A stretch of DNA of 64,000 bases from Octopus sinensis (lineage: Eukaryota), in contig NC_043018.1 of NCBI RefSeq assembly GCF_006345805.1, positions 4,960,001 through 5,024,000 of the forward strand, written 5' to 3'. Under the pieces are notes generated by a model. The model searched no databases, was not told the DNA's origin, and was given only the letters and a program-made list of their open reading frames with translations. Of the stretch, positions 54,445 through 64,000 are shown piece after piece. Each line of letters starts with the position of its first letter. The first letter of the stretch is position 1. Made by a program: the position numbers and the translations under genes.

Positions 54445-55209
54445 AATATATATATTATATATATATCTATGTATGTGTGTGGTGTGTGTGCGTGTGTGTA
54501 CAGAAACGCGCGGGCGCACGCAAACACACACACATATATACACATTGTTTGAAGTGGTGTACAAATTTCCTATATAAAGAAAAAGGAGGAAATCAGAATT
54601 GAATTTGGAATAATTATTTATTCAGCGCTTTCATTTCGTTTTAGGGATTCGTCTGGGATGATTATATATGAATAGAACCATTTTGCGCTCAAAATGGCGG
54701 TATTATTAAATGTCATAAGGGAAAAGTAAAAATCTTTCTTATTTATACTCGATGTATTCCCAACGGTATTGACACCAGTTTATTATTAGTGTTTTTATTG
54801 TCACTTGTCTAAGTCGACAACATATACACACAGGTAATATACGTAGCATTTCCGATGACGTGAATATCGAAGATTACGAAAGAATATCCGTGCGTGATCT
54901 GCTTCGTGATGGTCAGCGAAACACGTATAAAATGTAATAGATAAATCTTTTTATATATTACACACCCAAGACTTGATTTGTGTGTGTGTGTGTGTGTGTG
55001 TATATTGCACATTGATATTTCAAGAGGTATGTATTTACAAACATTTTTTCGTACATATGCTTCTGTAGTACACTCATACTCACACTCAGACATGGAACAA
55101 TCACGGAAAACCTCTTTCTTATATAAATATTGGAACGTATCTATCTATCTATCTATCTATCTATTCATATACAATTTTTCAAGAGTCGTTAAAGAAAACA
55201 TATACTCAC

Positions 55210-55353
55210 CCATATTTCCAAGCCCACCCGCGCTTCCATGGTAACCGTTCATGCCTGTAGTACTGTAGCTACTACTGCTGCTACTATGTGGAGTTGAGCC
55301 GTTCGAACCATAACCTCGTGGCGAAACGCTTGAACTTTGACCGCGGCCATAAC
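55210..55353 (-). CDS. coe: COE/EBF transcription factor, next coding exon (Ser/Thr/Pro-rich C-terminal region)
   Basis: Polypyrimidine acceptor tttccatttctctctcttacgtctag| and donor atgg|gtgagt; 144 nt, phase 1 to 1, in frame with the previous exon. Translates (G)YGRGQSSSVSPRGYGSNGSTPHSSSSSSYSTTGMNGYHGSAGGLGNM, matching the COE motifs SSSVSP(R/H)GY, STP and MNGY. Not in the ORF track (short). Confidence 0.9.
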
Positions 55354-55611
55354 CTAGACGTAAGAGAGAGAAATGGAAAATGGCGTCAGTTTCAATTTAT
55401 AACGTATCGCTTACATTTGGTGGCAGCCATGTTGTATTGCATAGGAAGGAAAAAAGACAAGAAAAAAAGAACGGGTTAATTCGTATCAAACATCTGTGAA
55501 AGTAGTTTATTCTTTTACTTGTTTCAGTCATTTGACTGCGGCCATGCTGGAGCACCACCTTTATATACAGGATAATTTCTTTACAAATGCTTGCTACATG
55601 ACAGGTGTTAG

Positions 55612-55925
55612 ATGCGTAGGCGCGTGGCTAAGTGGTAAGTGTATTTGGTTCACGACTGTAAAGTCTTGAGTTCGATTCTCGGTAGCACGTTGTGTCTTTT
55701 GAGCAAGATACTTTACTTCACATTGCTGCACTCCACTCAGCTGGCAAAAATGAGTTATACATGAAAATTGAAAAGAGCCAACCTTGTTACATTCTGTATT
55801 ACGCTGATCTTGCTGAGTACGCGTGTCTGTCGAGTGCTCAGCCACTTGCACGTTAATTTAAGGAGTAGGCTGTTCCGTTGATCGGATCAACTGGAACACT
55901 CGTCGTCGTAACCGACGGAGGGCCG
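55612..55925 (+). mobile_element. tRNA-derived SINE, family C (in COE intron)
   Basis: gcgtggctaagtggtaag...gagttcgattc...ttgagcaagatactttacttcac...gatcggatcaactggaacactcgtcgtcgtaaccgacgg. Confidence 0.8.
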
Positions 55926-57401
55926 GCAAAATGCTTGCTTACCGGGGCTGACGCCTCTCATTCTTATGTAAATTCGTCAGATTGGAAGAAAAGATATTTT
56001 TTAAAATTTACTTTTCTATTTTGTTTTTTCTCTCCAATCACATCTCATCAAAAAGATAAAAACGTAATTCTTCATTGTTGTTGTTGTTGTTTAGTTCTCG
56101 GTAAGTTCTGCACAGACATTCTAGAGATTCCACTCGTTTAACCGGGTAGAAACACCAGCTTTAATCAGACCCTTACTACGTTAGAAGCTCAAAAATAGAA
56201 AGCACATTGGAGGCATTGGCCCTTGATGGCAAAAAATCCCATGATGGCCACGGCTGGAAAGCATTTAATCGTATGTAACCTGTGCCAGGGTTGACCATTC
56301 ACAAATAGCAGCAACGAAATACACGCGCACATATGTGTTTATGTATGTATGTATAATATATATGTATACGCATATATGTATGTGTGTATATATATACATA
56401 CACACACACGTGTATGTATATATACATACACACACACACGTGAATAGTTGTATGTATATTTATATGTTAACTATAACACCAACCACAGATAACATCGCTG
56501 CAGAAACCACTACCACTGTGATCACCACCCACCACCACCACAGCATCCTATACTACGTTATCACTCGCTCTTCTCTTGATCAGCCCCACCTCATACCACT
56601 CCTCCCACTTCTACAGTGTTGCCACTTCTTGTGTATCACTCACGTGAATATTTTATAACACCATCCCTTCTACCTCTTCCTCCTCCTCTTCCTCTCTCAC
56701 CTCCATTCGTGTCTCTTCCTCCGCCTCCACCCGCCCCCACGCCCACCTCATGACGTCTGGAGTTGTCTAATTGAATATTAGCCGATGCACACTGCATGCA
56801 CACGTATATGCACACATACACACGTACAAACATTTGCATGCAACTACACCACTTACATACACACATACATATTATACACTCATAAACAGAGACAAACAAA
56901 CTTAGATATACATTCATACACACAAATACACACCTCCGTATAAATGCATAAAAACAGATAAGTCATACGTATATACATGCAAAAATGCATATATACATGT
57001 ATGTATATATATATGTATATATATAAACATATATACAGATTTGTATATATGTACTTATATATATATATATACATATATATGTATATCTGTACATATATAT
57101 ATATATATATGTATGTATGCGTATGTACATATATATATGTATATATATATTTATGTATATATATATATACATATATATACATATATATATACATATATAT
57201 ACATATATATATATACATATATATACATTATATATACAATAATATATATGTATATATATACATATATATGTATATATATACATATATATGCATATATATA
57301 TAAATATTTATATTTATGCACATATATATAAATATAAATATTTATGTATATATATGCATATATTAATATATATACGTACATATATATATGCATATGTATA
57401 T

Positions 57402-57433
<32 letters not shown>

Positions 57434-57441
57434 ATATATAT

Positions 57442-57477
<36 letters not shown>

Positions 57478-57563
57478 CGTATATGCGTATGTATATATAT
57501 ATATATTTATGTATATATGTAATATATACATATATATGCATATATACGTATATATATATGCAT

Positions 57564-57625
<62 letters not shown>

Positions 57626-58640
57626 CATACATATACATACTCATATGTATATATTAATATTTGTTTTAAGTTCAATTATACTAGAAAGAACCTTACGTTA
57701 GTTCGATGGCTTACTCTGTACTTTGAAGAGTACAAATTTATTCGTAAATAAGAGTATTAATGAGTGACTTCGAAAAGCACACACACACACGCACATACAT
57801 GTACAACGCCTGCACACACGGATGCACATACACGGAAATACATATGTGTGAAGGCATTTATGCATGTATGTATAAATAGTATGCATATAATATATATATA
57901 TATATATATGTACATATATGGATGTATTATATATATAATAGTATAATTGTAGTTGTTGATGCTTAGCCCCAAGGAAACACCAGCATCAAACAGCAGGCCT
58001 ATGATATAAAGCATTCCAGCCGTGACCATCTCATCATTTTGCATGTGTATCAGTCACTATATTTCAACTTTAAGGTGTGCTTTGAGGGAGATTTTGTTGC
58101 CATTTCTCGCAAATTCAACGATCACTTTAGGATTTTCTTGCTGGCTGCAAATAGTAGCAGAGGTTCGCAGATCTGTGTGTGTACATGTACGAGTAACAAG
58201 GCACACCAAGAATGTGTTTGTGTGTGTGTGTGTGTATGCGTCAGTTTGACTATGGCATGTGTGTGTGCGTATGATTGCATTCATGTGTTTCTGTGCGTGC
58301 GTTTGTAATGTGGGTTGGTGGTGGTGGAGTTGGTATGCGTTGGAGACATCGGCCCTTCCCCCACCCCCCACTCCCGGCCCTTGAAAGTAAAGAAAGAAAG
58401 AAATTAAAATATGAATAAATGAAGACTTTAAGGGGGAAAAAAAGCAATGAATAAAAAAGAGGGGGGAGGAAAGAAGGCAGGGTAGGGGTTAAACGGTTTG
58501 ACTTTGTTATCAATTATTACTGATGACAACAAGAAAAATAAAAACAGCAACAACAGTGAGAACAGTTCTACCGACAGCAGTATGAACAACAGCAACATTA
58601 ACAAGAAGAAGAGAAAAGAGAAACAGGAATGACAGCAATA

Positions 58641-58868
58641 CTGGTTTCAAAATTTGGCACGAGGCCAGCAATTTGGGGTGGTATGGGGTGGGGGGGCAGG
58701 AGGCAAGTCGATTATATAGACCCCAGGGCTCAGCTAGTACTTCTTTTAATCAAAGACTAAAAGGTAAAGTGATCTTCGGCGGAATTTGAAGTCAGAGCGC
58801 AAAGATGGACGAAACGCCGCCAAGCCTCCTGCTCGGCGATTTAACCATTCTGCCAGCTTGCCGCCTTA
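58641..58868 (-). mobile_element. tRNA-derived SINE, family A (in COE intron)
   Basis: ctggtttcaaaatttggcac...ggcggaatttgaagtcaga...ccattctgccagcttgccgcc. Confidence 0.85.
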
Positions 58869-59149
58869 AGCACACCGGTCTTAAAAGATAATAAGTACTG
58901 ACAATAACAGCAACAACAACAGCAACAACAACATTTGTGAAGATGTTTCTTCTTTCAGATCAACCCTGATCTGATCCACAGGATCAATGCTTCGAAGCCT
59001 GTTAATAACTCTAAGACTATCTTATCGAAGTGCCCTTCTCATTCTTAAGACAATAGGCGTGATTCTGAGGGGATTTGGTTGCTGTTTCTTATAACTTATA
59101 GAACAGTTAGTTGACTTCTTGTCGATTGTGAGTGTACGCGAGCGCGTAT

Positions 59150-59184
<35 letters not shown>

Positions 59185-60640
59185 CACGCATTTATATACA
59201 TACATAGACACACTTTTACAAAGAAAAAGTTGTGACAGTAACTTCGAAAGTTTCGACAAGCTGAAACTTTGCAGTTCCTGTCAATCTTTTCTTTGTAAAA
59301 CATTCGTGAATATGCACTCAACGTAAAAGTATTGAGCAGTCCTTCAATTTAATGCTAAATTGTTCTATTTTTTTTTCAAATATAACTTGAAATAAAAGCA
59401 AAAATTAAAATACACACACACACACATATATGTGTGTGTGAAAAAATATATATCGCTTATACATATATGTTCATGTACGTATGCACGTGTATATACGGGA
59501 TTAAATATATATGGAATTAATTGGAAACAAACCTCCATCGTTAGAATTTTTGACATCAGCAATTGTAAGGTGTCATTTGTTAAACTTTAGGAATGTTTTG
59601 CATATTTTAACCGTTCCACTTACTAATTTCAATAGTACAAGACTACGACCTTATTCCATTGCCTGAAAACTTCAACATTTCAAGATTAGTACGTTACCAT
59701 TCAGTGATCTGAGTGCAAATAACGAGCAGCTTGTATCACACATTTCTGCCTGGGTAGTCATGTTTGTATATATGAATGTATAGGATTGTTTGCATTCTTA
59801 TATTTATTGTGTTTCTATGCAAGTATGTTTGTATACATGCAAGTGGTGTGTATGAAGGTGTTAGTCTGTGTGTGTGTGTAAATGTGTATGTAGGTAAACT
59901 TATTGAAGGGTGTTTCAAACCAGTCACTCGTGAAAAGCTATTTAGCTCTGAAGCAGGTCTTTTCTCTCTGTGTCCGACTCGCTTCGGCACATAAAGACAG
60001 TTATATATGCAGGATGCTACCTCGCAAGCCCAACACAACTTTTGCCTGAAAACCGTATCAAATGAATCGATTTATGAAACGGACAAAAAAGAATAAACTT
60101 CTGTCAGTCTGTGTATCAATGTTTGTGAGTGCGCGCGCGCGCGCGCGCGCGCGTGTGTTGTGTGTGTGTGTGTGTGTATGTGTGTGTGTCTACTTATCCA
60201 AGTATTTATCTGTGTCTGTATCTAATTAATTTAATGTATTTCTCTCTCTCTCTCTCCTGTCTAAATATCTGCTTAGGTATCTTTTACTGTACGTTTCTCT
60301 TTGTTCACCAATTAGTCTATCACTTAAATAAATGTACACACACACACACACACACAGAGTATGACACGAGGATGGAGGACATCAAGCTTTCAAAGTGGTC
60401 GCAACATTCGTTTCTGCGCCGTACACCAGCTTTAAGTGACTGAAACAATTATCGTAACCTACTTTGGAAGCCTTATATCCTCCGTCCACCACATGTTATG
60501 TTATCTTTGTATTAATCGTATGCATAGAAGAGTTCCACATGTAGGCCTGGAATATACTCTTCTGTAAAATAACATGTAGGAGGCAAATAACGATATACGA
60601 GTCCTTAAATGCACGTTACGAGGATTTTACCCGAATTATA

Positions 60641-60685
<45 letters not shown>

Positions 60686-61282
60686 CATCCATACCAAAAG
60701 ATCCATTCTTTAAGGTTAGTTTCATAAACCGATCACTTGGAATTGTGTGGAATCCGAAAATGCACGAAGTACCAGTGCGTCATATTTACCGTGCCGCTTG
60801 TTGAAGCAAGTTCAGTTCGTAGAAAGGGAACCTGGCCCAAGCACAGAGACCCTTATTTTCACATGTATTTATCTGGCACCATTATTCCCTGCTGTTCCAT
60901 TCTCTTCAATATTTACGATGTCGCAATTGTGAAAACCGTCACTCATTTATTATGCTGGGATTTTATGCGTCCCGGCAGATAGGTCGGGTTGTGTTCAACG
61001 CACGAGTGCATGCTTATGTATGTTTATGCATATATATACATGTGGTGTGTGTATAAGGGCGTATACATGCATACCTACTTACATACATGCAAACATGCAA
61101 GCATTGCATACAAGCATATATACATACTCATAAACGCACACATATATGCATGTGTAAACATATATATATGTGAATATGTACGTATATATGTACGTGTGTA
61201 TATGTGTGTATGTATGTGTATATGAGCGTATATATATGTGTGTGTGTGTGCGTGCGTGTGTGTGTGTATATGTGTGTGTATG

Positions 61283-61314
<32 letters not shown>

Positions 61315-61346
61315 ATTCAAAACGGTTGGATATAGAGCTAACCAAC

Positions 61347-61539
61347 CTTCTTCCCACTGACCATTGGCCGCGTCCTGGACACTAACAGCCAACTGGCTTG
61401 TGTAGGTATTGAAACTGGACATCGCTGACGTGTTGTTCATGGCAGGTGAACGGGGTGCTGGCAGAGACAACTGGTTAGGGTTGCGGGGCATGCTGTATAA
61501 GGCCTCAGCTAGATCTGCCGCTCGCTTCAAGATGATTTC
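61347..61539 (-). CDS. coe: COE/EBF transcription factor, internal coding exon (HLH helix 2 and start of the C-terminal region)
   Basis: Acceptor attttgcag| and donor aag|gttggt; 193 nt, phase 0 to 1. Translates [64 protein letters not shown], matching the EBF/Collier motifs EIILKRAAD(L/I)AEALYS and QLAVSV. Confidence 0.95.
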
Positions 61540-61914
61540 CTGCAAAATATTGAGAAGAATGAATGAGGAGTGAGAGACACGAGAGTGAGAGTGTGAGAGA
61601 GATTAAAAGAGATGAGTGGAAGTGGTAGTAAGAGAGACTGTAGAATGGGAGTGGATGAGAGAAATATTTTTTCATCATTTAGTTTAGGGCAGTGTCTAAG
61701 ACCTATCTGAAGAGCTCCGAGTCCAGAGAAAGGGATAGAGACAGTAAGAGTGAGAGCGAAAGAGAGAGGTGGAGGTGGTAGTACGGGTGATGAGTAGGAG
61801 GGTGAGAGACTCAGAGAAGGAAGGGTCTTCTAAGAGACCAGGCCCTTGTAACAAAGGAACAACTGCTAAAGATACTGAGGGATTAGTGATGGTGTTAGAC
61901 CGATTAAATGTCAG

Positions 61915-62560
61915 ATTATGTTGCGGGATTTGAACTCAAAGCGTAAAGAATTGGAACAAATATTCTTTTCTACTCAAGGCGCAAGGCTCGAGATTTTTGG
62001 GGAGGGGGTAGTCGATTAGATTGACCCAGTAAGCAACTGGTACTTAATTTATCGATCCCGAAAAGATGAAAGGCAAAGTCGACCTCAGCGGAATTGGAAC
62101 TCAGAACGTAAAGACAGACGAAATACCTATTTCTTTATTACCCACAAGGGGCTAAACATAGAGAGGACAAACAAGGACAGACATAGGTATTAAGTCGATT
62201 ACATCGACCCCAGTGCGTAACTGGTACTTAATTTATCGACCCCCCGAAAGGAATGAAAGGCAAAGTCGACCGCGGCAGAATTTGACCTCAGAACGTAAGG
62301 ACGGCCGAAATAGCTCACCGCTTTACCCGGAACAAATATCACAAGGCATTTTGTACGACGCTCTAAACATTCTGCTAATATATTGCCTTCACAATAATGG
62401 TTTGTAATATAAGCAAAAGCACAGCAATTCGACTGGTACTTGGCTTCATCGACTCATAAAGGATGAAAGGCAAAACTGACCGTGGAATGATTTGAAAGCA
62501 AAGAACAGGATGAAATACCACAAGGTATTTTGTATACCTTTCTAACGATTCTGCCACAAC
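61915..62560 (-). mobile_element. Cluster of family A SINE copies and fragments
   Basis: Repeated atcgacccc...gaaaggcaaagtcgacc...gaactcagaacgtaa blocks at about 61975-62130, 62190-62310 and 62420-62560. Confidence 0.8.
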
Positions 62561-63802
62561 GTTACTTCCTTAAAGACAACAGCATGTGGTTTGAGGAAGA
62601 TTTGATTGCTATTTCTAGCAAGTAGAACGACCATGCAGTGGCCTCCTTGCCAGCTTGTTGTTACTGTTGCTCACACGGTTAATTGTTAGCGTGGCTCTTA
62701 ACTGGTGCTGCAGATGTTGTTGTTGTTGTTGTTGCTGTTGTTGTTGGCGTGTTACGCTTGTTATTGTTGTTGACACCGTTCATTTTGGAGTTGTTGTTGT
62801 TGTTGTTGTTACTGTTGTTACCATTAGCAACCGAGAACCATGTCTCCGGGATGCTGTCATCATACGGTTCAGTGACACTTCTGATAAAAATCATTGAAAT
62901 CACACACACGTACACACACACACACACGCACACACACACACACACTCACACACACATGTACACTCACACACACGCACACACATGTACACACACACACACG
63001 CACGCACATACACACAGACACGCACGCACACACACATGTACACACTCACGCACACACACGTACACACGCACACACGTACACATACACACACGCACACACA
63101 CTCACACACACCACACACACACGTAAGAACATCATCCAATGCCCTTTCCAATTTCTACTGCAACAACGCCACAGTTCACTGCAATCATCTTCACTGTCAT
63201 CATCATCATCATCATCATCATTGTCGTCCTCCGTCGTTGTCATCATCATCACCAGCAGCAACAACATTATCATCATTATCATTGTAAACATCATCTTCAT
63301 CATCCGTGCAGCACCAGTAGCAGCATCAGCAGCAGCAGCTGCAACAATGTCCGCTTTGCGTGAGTGCGGGAGTTTGTGTGATAGGAATAGAGAAGGAAAA
63401 AGAAACAGTGTGAGAGGGGGAGAAATAAACGGAGAGACATAACGAAGAAAAGAGAGAGAGAAGGGAAAGAGAGAGAGAGAGAGAGAGAAGGGAAAGATTG
63501 CTTGCCATGAGTGTCGAAGTGGTGTGTAACTCACCCTCTCCCATCAACCCCCCCCCCATGTGCTACAGTACCTAAACAAGATACCAAAACCCATGGCCTT
63601 ACTTTACGCCACCAAGCACCGCACAAGACTTAGAATGTTCTACTCCGTACCCCAGAACACCAAACCCCCACGCACCCTACGACACCTCCCTCTCGACCAT
63701 TTCTTGCCTGTCCATCCTTTTCATCCCCATTTTACTGCATCCTCAGAGCAATTCGACGCATATAGAAAAAAATCCTACCGTATTTTTATAATTAAATGTT
63801 AC

Positions 63803-64000
63803 TGATTTCAAATTTTGGCTCCAGGCCAGCAATTTCGGGGAAAAGGGCAAATCGATTACATCGACCCTAGTACACAACTGGTACTTATTTTATCGACCCC
63901 GAAAGGATAAAAGACAAAGCCAACATCGGCAGCATTTGAACTCAGAACGTAATGATGGACGAAATGCCGCCAAGCATTTGGCCCAGCCTGCTAACCATTC
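63803..64000 (-). mobile_element. tRNA-derived SINE, family A (runs off the window end)
   Basis: tttcaaattttggc...atcgaccccgaaaggat...tttgaactcagaacg...gctaaccattc. Confidence 0.85.

Noticed and set aside
55331-55342. Second DR1-like motif TGAACTTTGACC
   Set aside because: It lies inside the COE coding exon (codons for GQSS), so coding sequence explains it.

Overview
AT-rich, microsatellite-saturated animal genomic DNA. The SINE families, the 5S sequence and the repeat landscape suggest a coleoid cephalopod such as octopus (inference, not a database result). The only confidently recognisable host gene is a COE/EBF (Collier/Olf-1/EBF) transcription factor on the minus strand. Two of its coding exons lie here: 61539-61347 (HLH helix [20 protein letters not shown]...QLAVSVQD) and 55353-55210 (SSSVSPRGY...STPH). 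Upstream exons lie beyond 64000, and the terminal exon(s) could not be fixed by eye. The rest is mostly transposable elements. These include a complete but dead IR/DR-type Tc1 element, a full-length decayed Dong/R4-clade LINE, about seven further Dong/R4 fragments clustered in (TAA)n arrays, and a near-complete decayed Tx1/L1-clade LINE. There are also Penelope and RTE remnants, mariner and hAT MITEs, and more than 20 tRNA-derived SINE copies. The most unusual observations are a full-length 5S rRNA copy fused to a SINE/LINE-type 3' tail (candidate 5S-derived SINE or chimeric retrocopy), a minimal type I hammerhead ribozyme fold, and inverted SINEs flanking an in-frame COE exon. All coordinates were read by eye; repeat boundaries are approximate.
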